Assembly: GCA_973895155.1 (NCBI GenBank)
Contig: OZ316897.1
Span: forward strand, 2,805,416 to 2,869,415
Source of the DNA: Marsupella aquatica
Taxonomy: Eukaryota > Plantae > Marchantiophyta
Length of the DNA: 64,000 nucleotides
Reading direction: 5' to 3'
Positions 1-13,059 of this stretch are shown here, in pieces (the first letter of the stretch is position 1; each line of letters begins with the position of its first letter). A program made the translations under genes and the position numbers. The notes beneath the pieces were generated by a model. The model made no database searches, had not been told where the DNA came from, and saw only the letters and a list, made by a program, of their open reading frames with translations.

Positions 1-2261
1 TCTGGAATGATTGCTTTACTGTGGACTCTAACCAAGGTACACGCTTTTGATCAAGTCCACTGTATAATTGATGCTCTCTCTCTCTCTCTACATATACAAA
101 TATAATATAATAGAATTGACTTTTATGTTCATTTAAAGTCACCATTGGCAGAACATAAGAGGCACCTGTCTAAAATTTTCACATTTTAGTCATGACCCTC
201 CTCTAGTAGGGTGTCTCAAATCTTCATAGTTACGGATGATGGCATTTGGCCATAAACACATGGCCATAGCTCTTTCACCAGGTCGTGTAAATGTTATTTT
301 TCACTAGCCTCTATGTGGCTTATGGTTGTGGAGTGTGACCAAATTTTATGGCAGAAAGTTTTGGCTCATGAATTTGGTAGTCTATAACTTTTTATGTTAG
401 TTGTTTCAACTACTAAACTAAGGATTTAGTAGTTAAATTTGACCTTAATTTCCAAAGTAGCTAAATCCCCATCAAATTTTGAGATTTGAGACCTCGATCC
501 TATTAAGATAACCTCCTCCATATATTCATGAAGTGGCCCCCTAAATATGCCCAATGTGGTGAGGAACTTTAGTGGAGAACTGGCACTGAGGACAAGAGAA
601 TACTCATGGAATATGGGTTTTGAGACGCCCTAATAGATTTCTCAGCAGCTGGAAACAATGACTGGGAATTTTACAAAGGATGATTTGTAAAACTTGCAGA
701 ATAAAATTTTCAGTCCGCGGATCTATAAGGGCGTCTCAAATATGGGCTGCTGAGCATGAAAATCTGCCAGTAAAAATCTGCTTTGCACAGAGGGCCATAC
801 AGAAAGATTTAAACCGTCAGCTAACCAGGCTGCTAATGCAGAATTTGTTTCAAACGAGTGACATACACATCTAAATTATATACTTTTGACTATTGCTAGA
901 TGCCAAGATGAGTTAAGCAGGATAGTGTAGGGGCAATCAGCTTGGCGTAATGACAGTAAATTATTGGATTTTTTTCTTTCTGATTTTAGGCAGTGTTTGT
1001 GAGACTTGGAAATATTTACAATACCTGTTTAGTAATATTCTAAGCATTAGTTTCGAGGTAAAATGCTGAGATGTCAATCAATGTATACATTGTTTTGAAA
1101 GCAAATCCAGATAATAATTTATGGAGTTGCTACAATCCAAAGAATCTGAACTTGGATGGACTTGTTCAGATTCTTGGAACGATTCATTCAAAGCATCCAG
1201 GGTTCAGATTCTTTGGATTGAACAAGTCTTGGATGGACTTGTTCAAAACATTGAAATAACTCAGATAACATTGTTTACATTTTTGACTCAAATTTGGCTT
1301 GTAAATGGTCTCCTTGCTGTTTGCAGTGGGTTTCCATTACTTACCCAACAGGCCTCACAACTTGACTACCTTGAATCTAATAGATGTCAAGACATCATGC
1401 CATTACTCAGGAACACTGGTTTGCGCTTAACCTACATGAAATTTTCCAATATTTGTAATCATGATATATGATATTTGACCATCGATCTATGTGTACCTTG
1501 GAATTGGAGCAAATGATGTCCAAAAAGTCTCAGAGGAAAAAAGTGGACATCAAAGACCATGCTGAAAGTTGTGTGTAGCTTAAACTTAGATTATTTTTGA
1601 GTCTTTCAGATAAATTGACACATCTGCCAAATTCTAAGGTAAAATAGCCAATAATTTATGGCTTTGATGACCCTGTCAAGTAAGTAGTCAAGATGTCACA
1701 CACATTGAAAATGGGCAGGATTCTCACAAATATTGTGACAACTCAATGATTTCTTAAGCTCTAGGCTTGAATATGTGCTTTAGCAGTAATGGAGTGGCAG
1801 AAATTGTTGATATAACTTTCTCTCATTGATCCATTTTACTTGCTTTCAATTGGGTTGAGATCAGAGACAAAAGACCTGTTGAAAGAGCTCCTGGCAACAT
1901 TGTTGAGCTACTCAGATTATATTCCATTGAGTAGAGGGCATTTTAAATTGTCTTTACTGCTTTCTCCACATGGATGTCAAAGTTGTCAACTGCAATACGC
2001 AACATATTTCTTTTTGGTGTAAACTCAGTGATCACTTTATGCAGTCCATGCGGATGGACAGGGACAACTTTTGGTCCATCCGGGCCTCATATTCCAATCC
2101 AAACCATAACAACATTAATTTTTTGCCTAGCAACTTGATCATCCTGGGGGTTCTCCCCACCTAGAATAAAATGAAATTAAAATTAAAATTTGATCATCCG
2201 TACAAAATTCTCCCAGTTGGGTGCTCTTCTAATAGAGGCAAAAAGCATCAAGTCAACCAAT

Positions 2262-2540
2262 GGGCTTTGGTCAGTTTTGCTAGGGGATTAGCCTGGAACT
2301 AAGAGGTCCTAGGCTGAATCCCCAGGGTATATGTGGGGTGGGTGGGATGAGTTTTGTGGGTAGTGCATGGAGTTCTGATCATCTCCCCCTGGTTGCCCAC
2401 TTTGTAACCAATCTAATCCTCTGTCCCTCCCCGAGTCCCCGTGCTGGGGTTTTCTACAATGAATATATGTCATTAGGGGGGTGGGCAGAGTCTAAATGTT
2501 CTTCTTCATTTTCGTTCATTACAAAAAAGAAAGAAAAGGC
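2262..2540 (+). mobile_element. Possible degenerate tRNA-derived SINE
   Basis: The 5' part (GGGCTTTGGTCAGTTTTGCTAGGGG...GAGGTCCTAGGCTGAATCCCC) loosely resembles a tRNA head with A-box and B-box spacing. The 3' end is A-rich (ACAAAAAAGAAAGAAAA). No TSD found. Confidence 0.3.
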
Positions 2541-4304
2541 ACCAACTCTGGTTAGAAACTGATCAGAAGTCAAACCAGAGGAGGAATACCAACCGAGTCT
2601 GGTTAAGATCTGGACATCATTCTAAGCAGACTACGATGGTACAGTACTGTACACTGTTGCTCTGTACGAAACCAACCGAGTCCGGTTAGAAACCGAAAGT
2701 GTGTCTGTCCTGGGTGTTAGAGTGGGCGATTGGTTCATCATCATCCTTGCAGTCTCGCACAGTATTGTTGTGCATTGCAGTTGGTGCTTCTTTGCGTGCC
2801 TGGCGAGAGGAGATGACAAATAACCCATTCTTGCACAGTTGTCGATGCTGCAATTAGATTGATTGATCAATCAATTGAATGAATGGATGAAAGAATCAGG
2901 ATTTGCTTGTTCGGTTCTTCACAATGGAGCTTGGGATTATGAGAATCCTTCCTTCTTATGCGAGGAGCATCGATCATGCGGCACTAACTGATTCCCAAAG
3001 ATGAAGGCCGAGGCAGTTGACATTGAGGCGTTTCTAGTTTATCTGTTGCGATGACGATGCATCAGCAGCACCAACACTTATCTTGCCGGTGAGGTCATTT
3101 GTAGAGAGGTGATGGTCCTGTCCGCTTTGCAATCTTTTGATGATTGGAGCGCAGAGATCGGATGGGTCTTGGCATTCCTAACCAGTAGTGTCTCGTCACG
3201 AGGTACGATTTCATTCATCCACTCGCTCATTCTGAATATCAATCACAAGCAGTTGTTCGTCCCCCGAAGTAGTGCAAATTGGTTATTGCTCCTGACCCTA
3301 ATTTAATAGGGTGATGTCTGTCTGCCCTAATGCTTTGGATTGCCCTGATTTTTAGCAGTTAAAGCTGAACTCACATTCCTTGTTTAATTTCAGAATTGAG
3401 TACGCTGGTCGACGAAAGTGAGAATTTCTAAATATGTGTAAGGCTTCTGGGAATTACAGATTCTTCATCCAGCATATCATTGAGATGTCACTGCCACTTT
3501 ATAGAGGAGACATTTTCTGATAATAACATTTTCGGGGTTGCGCAGACGATAAGCCTGCGCAATTCCGCAGTTGGGCATCAAATAAGGCTCAAGGTACAAG
3601 TACATATCGCCCTGCAAAACCTGAGCATATCCAGACAGGCTTCTGACAATGTACGATCATGGATTGATAGTCAGCAAATCATGATTGCGATTGCTTTCCA
3701 AGATAACAGTGTAAGAATCATGTAACATCGGGATGGGCATGAAACTGGTCGGCACCAAAAAAAAACTGGAAAGTACAATCCAAAGGTTTGCAACTGAGTT
3801 CCAATGAAATATGTCCTTTACCAAGTCCACAGCTTAATTTCCCGTCAAGATTTCTGGGATCCATTTTAAATACTCTTTATGGCCGTCTGTTCAAAAACTA
3901 TCTACCCTCCTTTCTTTGACCTCTCAATCAGGTTCCACAAGTGAGTGTTCCTTGCCAATTGTCCAGAAGTTGACAATGCCAATTGTCCGCAAGTTAACAG
4001 TGCGGTGACTTGTGTTTGGTTAAAGGACTTACAAGACTATTGTTGGACTTCGCATTGCAGGTGGGGAATACTTGATCGAAAATATTCATTTCTTGTCGAC
4101 CAGTTGGAACGCCGCACCTGGCCAGGTTGCCGCTAATGGGCGATTGATTGAATTTCTCCCTTCTCTTGTGTTAAAGAGTAGAAGGACGACGAGGAGGAGG
4201 TGTGGCAGATGGTGATACAGGAGGTTCCAAATTCTAACGGATGAGATTGAGTCGATTCCTACTGCCGTGAGATGTCTAGGGTTAATCTCCAGATATGAAG
4301 TTCA

Positions 4305-7300
4305 ATGGAGGGAATGAAGAACCTCAGCGGAGGCTCACCTGCAGCAAGAGAAGAAACCGTTGTGGTCTTTGTAAGAGACGGACTGTTGAATTCGAAGGCC
4401 AAGGACGATGGAGCTTCCAATTTCTGCTCTCCGGCGAGTGAAGCAAAACCTTATGAACAGGAATTAAAGGATGCTAAGTGTGAAGGCCGTTGCACGAGGT
4501 TGGATGCATCTCAGTTGAAGGGCTTGAAGCGGAAGAGTTTGGATGCTACCGAAGGGAAGGGCTTTGAAATTGGGCTTTATCATATGAGCAGTGCTACAAT
4601 TGATAAGAGCGGCGGAGAGGAAGTTGAAGGGAGTGGGAGGAGGCTTACAATTGATCCCAAGAGAGGAAACGGTGAGAATGGCTCCAGATTACAGAAACGC
4701 TTAAAGTTGAAGGGCTCCATTAGTAGTGGGACAGAGCAACGCTCGGATTCCGCAGGAGGAAGACGTACCAAAGAAGATGGGCAAAGGGTGATCGATTTGT
4801 CGAAGGTTGAGAAATTGCAGACTCGCATGGAAGGTGGGAAGTCCACCGGGCCAACAGAGGACAAGAATGGCAGAGCAAGTATAGGTTTGGACGATGAATT
4901 CAAAACGAAATCGGGCGCCCAGGACCGCTGGAAAGGAAACCATCATGGCTATCTGGGTGCGGACTTCGACAGTTCAAGGATGACGCATAGAAGAGAGAGA
5001 GATACAGAAAATAGAACGAATGGGCAGCATCCCAGGGAACATTCCGAGGAGGATTGTCCAGGAATCACACGGAAAGCAAAGGTGGACTTCCGACATTCGA
5101 CGAGAAACGTTCATAAAGGCAAAAATGCACCATCGATCAAAAGGGATGGTATCTTGGAAAGGGATTATTTGAATTGGGGGAGAGGAACCATCACCAAATC
5201 CAGAAGTGGGGAAGATTCAAAGTCTAGGAGGGATGCGCCAAAGAGGTGCAAAGAGGAAGTGGATGTGGTAAGAGAACGGGACAGCAAGGTTTTCTTTGAA
5301 GGTCATGATGTGATAAGAGGGGAAAACAGACTGCCTAGGGATAGAAGTGAGCGCTTCAGATCTGGAGAAGTCGACGAAGAGAATTTCGAAGGTCGGCGGG
5401 ACAAACAAGGAATTGCCCATGAAGACAGGAAGCATGGAGACAGCAGGCGACATGGTAAACATTCAAGACGCGATTGGAAAATGGAGAATGGAAATATATC
5501 TCATCAGCAGGAAGAGGATGGCTTAACGAAACCGAGGGCTAGCAGACGTTTCGAAGTTTATCCCTCCCCCGCAACAATTGACAAGCCTCGATCATTCAAA
5601 GAAGAGTACTTCAAGGGCAATGTTGAACACCACGGACACTCAGTTGCAAGTACTCATATGCAACATGCAAGGGGCATTGCATATAGTCATTGGCAAGAGG
5701 ATCAATATGATCACAGGGATGGACACAAGTCTGGCAACAAGGCAGATCATGACAAAAGTTTGCCTAGAAACCAAAGAAAAATGGAAAAAGCTGGCAAAAA
5801 CGAAACTTACATTGAAAATCGGTTAGACTTGGTGCAAACGTCCGGGGATCAGAATTCCAGGAAGGAGAATGTGGATCATTTTTCAAGAGGAACGAAAGGG
5901 ACAAATCAGCTAGGGACTATGGACAGCAAGGTTGCTAGACATGAGGTGGCTTCAAAGATACGCAAAGCCGTAGGGGCCAGCAGGAGGAGCTGCAGTATCG
6001 ACGTCGTTACTTTCAATCAGCCAGATGAACAGGATGTACACAGAGTTACTGATCAAAATGGAGGAAAAGGGCAAAGAGCATGCATTGAAGCAAGAACGCT
6101 GGAGACTTGCTCCCAGAGAAATAGTTCGTTGGATAAAATAAGTAAGGCGTCAAATCTGGAAGCTGCGAAAAGCTTTGAGGGGGAAGGACGTCGTGGCGCA
6201 ATTGAAGTGTCAAGACAAGTGCTCGTAGAAGGTGATCATGGACCAGGAACTGTCATCGAAGATATGTTACAACAAAGTATGAGCAACTCACCGATTCTTG
6301 AGAAGAGAGAAAGGAAAAATTGTGGTAAAATATCTGAAGGACTTGAGAAACTGAGACGGATAGGTGCCCAGAAACGCAGAAAATTAGATGGTCAAGAGTT
6401 TAAAAGTATTCTCGAGAACAGGGGCAAAGATGGATTTCAAGTCGAGGAAACTGCCAAACAAAAATCGCTTTGCAATGAGAAGGATGTTCAGGAACGGATA
6501 AGGTCCGACAGCAGGACATCTAAAACCTCGGATGAAGCACTGCAAATGAAACAAGCGAAGAAGAAAAAGACGTCTGATGAATCGTTGTTGAGACGGCAGG
6601 TGGTCAATGTTGAAAGGCATAAGCGTGATATATTTTCACGGGATCACAAGCTTCAAAAGCGCCGCGGCAGATCCCACTCTGTGTCACCTAGGAAGCGTAA
6701 GAATTTTGTCTCACCGAAGGCACATGGTAAGTCAACATCCCCGGGCAGATCAGAAAGGTATAGGTCAGATTGGGACAAATTTGAAAGAGGGAGACGCAAA
6801 ACCCTTGCTCCCTTTGACAGCAGGTACCGTCGTTTTGGTGGAGGCACTAGTGGGCTTGGAGGATACTCACCAAGGCGTCGGAGGTCCGAGGCAGCTGTCA
6901 AAACCCCTTCCCCACCCGCTAGATCACCAGAGAGAAAGAAAGAGAAAGCGTGGGATTCAGTACCGCCTGGAATGGATAGTTCTATGATTGCAGCGATTTC
7001 GGCTGCTCATCAAACTGCGGTGCAGCATGCCCTGGCTGCACTGGCAACGGTGAATCCATTAGTCCCGAGTAATATGCTGATGTCATCTAGCAGTACACCC
7101 TCCGTTGCCAATCGCCTTACAGCTGTTCCATCTTTGCTCTCATCTCTCCAACCACAAATAAATCCAGCAGTCACAGCTGTGATTTTGACGCAAGCAACAA
7201 GGCCATTGAGGAGGTTGTATGTGGGGAATGTTCCTTCTACAGTTTCAGATGGAGAACTTCTGGAGTTCATGAATGCAGCCATGCTGTCAGCCAATGCCAA

Positions 7301-10300
7301 CCACCTGCCGGGAACCAAACCATGCATCAACTGCTCAGTATGACATACTTCTCTTCTTCTCTTGTTAACTGCAGATTTTGCTTGAATATGGGCACTCTAG
7401 ATTCAACACGCGGATGTAAAGTTAGACGTTTTGATGACAGCATTTCAGTAACCGTGCGGAGTATTTAGTTCCTAATATGGTACTTGTTGACTTGAGCTTG
7501 CATCTTTACACCTTATTTCCGCACCAGGTCAATATGGAGAAGAATCATGCGTTTGCCGAGTTCATAACTCCTGAGGATGCAACTGCTGCGCTTGCATTTG
7601 ATGGTGTAACTTTGCATGGGACTACCTTGAAAATTCGGCGGCCAAAAGACTTCGTTCAGGCTGCAGTAAGCTGAAATAAATGAGACTATTCGTGATGTTT
7701 AATTTGTCCGTAGTATTACGAATTTGAGTTATTGGCTTCTCTATTCGAAACAGAGTGTGTAGATATAAAGCCTCCTTCAACATTTGGATTCCAATTTAGA
7801 CTCTGCATTTCGTTCTAATCCCCATGGTTAGAAGAGAGGAGCTTGAAGCACTGAAAACCCTTTGCTGAATTTCGGGGTTCAGGTCATCAATAAATTTAGA
7901 AATGGATGTCAAAGTTGTCAGCTGTAATAAGGATGATCCAGGGCTTCACAAGAGTGGCACATGAGGCCTTTGAAAGATCCTGTTTACTTTTTCTGTAAAT
8001 GAAACTTCTAAATCTTGTTGCCACCAAATTTTCTTGGATTATACATCGGTGTGCATGAAGTTCCTGGGTGGAAGGTTCAAAACTCTTCTCTCTATAGTAG
8101 ATCCCCCGAGCCCATTGTCCTAGCTGTATTCAATTCTGAGGTAGAAAATTTATGCAACAGGGGTTTGGATTCAGATCATCGCCATTGTGGTGCAGAATGG
8201 GGGAATCGAAAGTCTATCAGCAGTCCCTGATACGGTCTCAAGCCGTGTAGTAGATTCTCCTCACAAGGTATCTAATTCAAACCTTTTTGCCGATTTCCAC
8301 TCCCAGAAGAGAACTCAGATTTGAATATTTAACGTCCATTTGACATTCAATGTTATTCATCTCTCAGTGTTGGCATCTCAGCTAAATTTATAATAACTAT
8401 ACTTGTTTGAGTCTATTTTTCGCAGGTATTTGTAGGGGGTATCCCATCATCGCTCACTGCGGACAAGGTGAAAGTCGGGTTGGCAGTGTCGATTAGATAT
8501 TTGCATTGGCTGATTGTTGCAAGTTGTACGTAATTGGGAGAAATTTGTGAGCTTAATTCTTTCTGAAATTGGTGGGGTGTCGGGGATTTTCATCTTATGT
8601 CTGGCTGTTTTCTTTTAAACTTGCAGTCTCATTAATTTTGCACTGAGATTAATCTCGTATCCTGTCTGCGATTGCAGGTGAAAGAGATCGTTACTGCTTT
8701 TGGACAACTGAAGGCTTATCATTGGGAAGTGGACAACAAAAAGCAGCCTCCGCAAGCCTTCGCTTTTCTGGAGGTAATTTTTGCCTTCAGTTCTTTTGAG
8801 GTTTGTTTAAGATCAGACTTTTTTCTCTTGCAAACTCTGCCATAAGATTGAGCTATGTCACACATTTAGGGCAGGACATCCTTAACGAAAATGGAATAAT
8901 CACGGTGGTTGCCTACAGCAGAAAACATTATTGCACAACCGAAGCTTGGCAGGTTTTCATGACACAGCTTCAAATTGTGAATCGCAGTAAACATTCACCA
9001 ATGGTTTTCACCTTTAAGTCACGGCCCTTTGGTAGGGGAATCGTCGTCTAGAATGGAAAACTTGCATTAGCCTCATGAGGATCAAATCATCTTCTAAGAA
9101 ACTGACCGCACATACCATGGACTTTACAGCTTTGAATTAATAATATACTTCTAGAGGTGCAGGATGATGAGTGGCTTCCTTTATCTAATCGACGTAGCAG
9201 GGGGACCTTGTCCAGGAAAGTGTCGGGCTTTCTTACGAAAGGTGTCATTATTGTAAATCATCTCATATTCTTGGTGCAATTAACCTCTTTGGATTGTCAC
9301 ATGTGCAGTACATGGATCCAACGGCAACAGTGACTGCGTGTGCTGGACTGAATGGCATGAAGCTAGGAACGGGGTTTCTCACGGTGGTTCAGGCAACCCC
9401 TGATGCTGACACCAAGGTATATCCTTCGCTCTAGAATCAGCCGTGTCCTCCATACCCTGAGCTTCGGACTAGAATGTATGGTTGAAGACACGGCATCCTC
9501 TCCCAAAAACATTTGAAAGATTTCTCAAGAAGTCCATTTTCCCTTGCAGAGTGCTAGCAACAGGGCTCCGTTTTATGGGATCCCTGAACACGCTAAGAGC
9601 CTGTTGGAGCCCCCAACTCGTGTCTTGGAGTTGCACAACCTGGTGAGTGTAAACCACATCTGCAATGTATTCATTTGTTTAATTTCTCTCTGGCTTTTGG
9701 ACGGCTCTAGACGTCGAGGACGGTGTCATGGTTTAGCTTGCATGTGGTAGTATATCCACATATGTGCTGTCCAAGTATCTCATCTGCTGTTCTTAGTCAA
9801 AATGATGTTCGTAATGTTAAAAGCAAATTGTCGTTTCAGGTGGCTCCAAAGGACGTTCCAAACATGTCCAAAGAAGATATTGAAGAGCTTATTGAAGATG
9901 TAAGACTTGAATGCATAAGGTGATCTTGCCCTTACCAATTTCGTGTAATGGTTGGCCTGCCTTCTTCCCGTGCCACAAGAACAGAGGGTACCAGGTAGTT
10001 ACTTTGGGAGTCCAGATGTACATGCCAGTCCACGATGTCCCTTTTGACAGTAGGTTCTCTCTATAGCCGCCAAAAGGAGCACTGGATGCTTTGTGCTGCC
10101 CTTGTTCAATGCTGGCTTGTCTTTAACTTGCGTTTTTTTTGTCTCTCGAGCAGGTTTGGGAATGTGAAGTCAACTCATATGGTATACAAGAGGTCACACT
10201 GCGAACTTGAAACAGGAAATGTACCAGCTGTTGCCATAACCGAAGCTGATACTGCTGAAACCAGTAAAGGAGAAAATTTCGATCGCACAAATGTGATAGA

Positions 10301-10958
10301 ATTAGCACAAGAGAACATTGCCCAGGAAGATAACCACGTTGGGGTTATGGAGACTTTGGAAGAGATGAGGAGTGGCCCTGCAAGATTACAATCGGGCACT
10401 TCTTTCAAAACAGATGAGAAACAGATGCTACCCACTGGTCCTGTAGATAGTTTGCCTTCAAGTCGCTTATGTGAGGAAAACGGAGATAGTACTGAAGAAA
10501 ACAACCATCACTTGCACGAGTTCTGTGCAATAGACACGGAAGTTGCAAAATCACGAAGTGTTTCTGCGGAACTCAGCAATGACTTGCAAGCACGCACAAG
10601 TGCAAGTCCAAGTAATAAGGTTATTCCCACTGCCGGGCATGAGTTCGTACGTGTCCAAGATCAGTATACTGGTGGATTGACAAGTGGCTCCGGGCAAGAA
10701 GATGTTTCCATGAGAGAATGGGAGAACTCACACATGGGAAAAGTATATGTGGAGTTCTCCAGGCAGGAGTCAGCTTGTCAAGCTGCTCATGCTCTGCATG
10801 GGCGTCTGTTTGATGGTCACAAAGTGGGCGCATGTTACTTCCCCTTAAAGCTGTATAAGGAAAGGTTTCACAAGGGTCTTGACCCTCCCACGTTTGAAGA
10901 GGAGCAGGCCCTTGCAATACCTGTCGAGGGCCATTTGACTGCCCATATAAAGGACTGA
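4305..10958 (+). CDS. U2AF65-like (U2 snRNP auxiliary factor large subunit-like) splicing factor with very long charged N-terminus, RS region, RRM1, RRM2 and an interrupted UHM/RRM3
   Basis: In-frame GT-AG exons: 4305-7337, 7528-7665, 8196-8267, 8426-8467, 8678-8773, 9309-9416, 9550-9642, 9840-9919, 10154-10958. Motifs: RS/SPR-rich segment, KKEKAWD (ULM-like Trp), QATRPLRRLYVGNVP, HAFAEFITPEDATAALAFDG...LKIRRPKDF, DSPHKVFVGGIP, AFLEYMDP...ACAGLNGMKLG, PTRVLELHNL...IEDVRLECIRFGNVK, GKVYVEFSRQESACQAAHALHGRLFDG. Confidence 0.9.
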
Positions 10959-11315
10959 ACAGTAGGTATCTTTCTCTCTTAAGGGCACTGCCAGTGGGCT
11001 GCTCGTTAAGACAGTCGGGGCTGCTTAGTAAGGCAGATAGATACACTTTCACTCATTGTTTCCGGATAAGTCATTAGTTAGCTAGTCATTTGTTGGCATG
11101 GTTGTCATCTGTGACAAGAATGTTACAAAATCAGGAATTGAGACGGGAGTCTTTCCCAAGTTGAATTCACCTCCAGGAAATTCGCATTTGCTTTGGGCTG
11201 GTTTAAAAGGTTTTGGATATTCTCTACACTCAACTGTGAAGAACTCCAACATGACAGAATTGGAGAAATTCTCTCTCCACTTCGTGACGTTTTGTGGTGG
11301 AACCACGAACGCTCT

Positions 11316-11395
11316 GACTATCACAAAATTTCCGTGTGATTTGAAGGGGAAATCGACTATCACAAAATTTCCGTGTGATTTGAAGGGGAAATCGA
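11316..11395. repeat. Perfect 39-bp tandem duplication
   Basis: GACTATCACAAAATTTCCGTGTGATTTGAAGGGGAAATC x2, starting at 11316 and 11355. Confidence 0.9.
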
Positions 11396-11517
11396 ACATT
11401 ATATAGTAACCTCAGCCAGAATGTTTGTCTTGGCATTCGTGAAAGACATGTATTCTACTCCTGTACTAGAAAGTGCAATAGATTTCTGTTTTCTACTTGC
11501 CAAGCTCACAGCTCCTA

Positions 11518-11860
11518 CTAGTAGATAATATCATCAACATAAAGAACTATCGTCAGCAACCTTTTTCTCTTCCTCCCAAGTACATCCACAAGGGTTATCA
11601 GATACTGATTATGGTGGTAGCGAAGATAAGGTAGGTCATCTAGGATTCTGCTTTCTAAAAGCAGAAGGAGCAGTGAGCTGGGCTTTGGCAGAATACGAAA
11701 CTCTTTTGCACTTTCTTTTGCCCTTTCTAGGACAGGAGCAGAGTATGTGGCTCTCACTAAAGCCAATAGAGAAGCAATCTGGTTGAGGAGATTCCTACAT
11801 GATGTTAGTTTTCCTCCAGAAAACATCCTAATTGAACCAAGCATATTGATAGACAGCTTC
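11518..11860. mobile_element. Degenerate Ty1/copia pol fragments (RT YVDD piece on minus strand, RNase H piece on plus strand)
   Basis: Minus strand about 11518-11590 reads LLTIVLYVDDIIY*, the copia RT catalytic motif. Plus strand about 11735-11860 reads GAEYVALTKANREAIWLRRFLHDVSFP, matching the copia RNase H consensus AEYxAxxxAxxEAxWLRxxL. Confidence 0.75.
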
Positions 11861-13059
11861 AAACCACACTCTAACCCTGAAGACGAAAACCAACTTACGA
11901 GTAATGGGCTGCAAAAAGTACATTTTGATAACTATGAACTTTTGACAGGAGTCTGAAGGATTACTTAGATGCATGCAAGATTTAACGTGATGACCAAAAC
12001 AAACAATGAAGCCAGTGATGATGACTGTGCCAAAGCTTCAAAAGGGTTGTTGTCCTGCTCTGTCAAACGTGGAGTCCCTCCCATTCACTCCGTAGGAAAA
12101 GTGCTTGCGCCTGCTCACACCTTTGTCAGTCTTGGGAGACATGATCATAAAGTATATTCATTTGTGCAACACGATGCCCAGCCTTAACCAATACGAACGT
12201 CAATTGTGGTTGTTCCTACTTAAAACTTGTTGAACCGTGGAGATATTGAACACAAGATTCTGTCCCTGGATTGGTTCGAAACGTCTCTATGAGACTACAC
12301 GTACTTCCGCAGATGTTCAGAGTTAATTGAGCAATGCAATCCGGCTGACGCCCTTCTTCATTCTGCCTTAGAGACGCTAAAGAAGGACCCCTGGCAGGCT
12401 TCAAACTTGGTAGAAAAGTTGAGCACTGCCTGGGCAGGCAATGTAGCTGGAAAAATTTGACTATCACGTGGTCACTGACAACAGCTCGCAACAGACTTAC
12501 ATAAGAGCAACAAAATGACGGTGGACAAATTGGCCCAAGCGAATGGGGCAGTTTCAATAGCTTAACAACCTAGCTGCTCAATTGCCTACGCTGCAACTTG
12601 AGCTGGGTTGAGCTACACAGGAAGTGATGTGAATGAGAAGCCACTGAGTAATCATTTTATTATCAACACAAACTCAATGGGGTCTACAATACTAAACTCC
12701 TCCCGTACCTCTCTGCGAGTCTGACAATCCCATAAGAAGGGGCCACTTTAGACATTTAAGCAGCAGTAAGCCCACTTTGTTGTATACAAAGAGTTCAAAA
12801 TAGTGTAAATCTCTAGATCTATGTACCAGGTTGAAACTGGCATCAATCTGCATACAGATTTCTCTACTATTATTAAAGGTCTTCGACTATGCAAACAGTG
12901 CAAAGCAAGATCAAGCGAGTGCAGTTGGCTATACCGCTGCAAACAAGAAATTCTTGTGCTTTACAAGATGGGGGGTGTTTAACTGCAGTACCGAATCCTC
13001 ATTATGAGCATGAAGGGAAGGAACGCTTTTTAAGAAATTGATCTTCGAAATATTTCCAG

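Noticed and set aside
1-2250. Short ORFs in the AT-rich opening block
   Set aside because: No recognisable domains. Probably old TE debris, but no termini or protein motifs could be identified to classify it.
4580-7330. Multiple antisense and alternate-frame ORFs over the long first exon (similar ones overlap the ATAD5 and bHLH exons)
   Set aside because: Shadow ORFs of real coding exons.
9417-9426. ATATCCTT resembling a U12 (AT-AC) 5' splice site in the U2AF65-like gene
   Set aside because: The standard GT donor at 9417 with the AG acceptor at 9549 keeps the frame (DTK|SAS), so a U12 intron is not needed.
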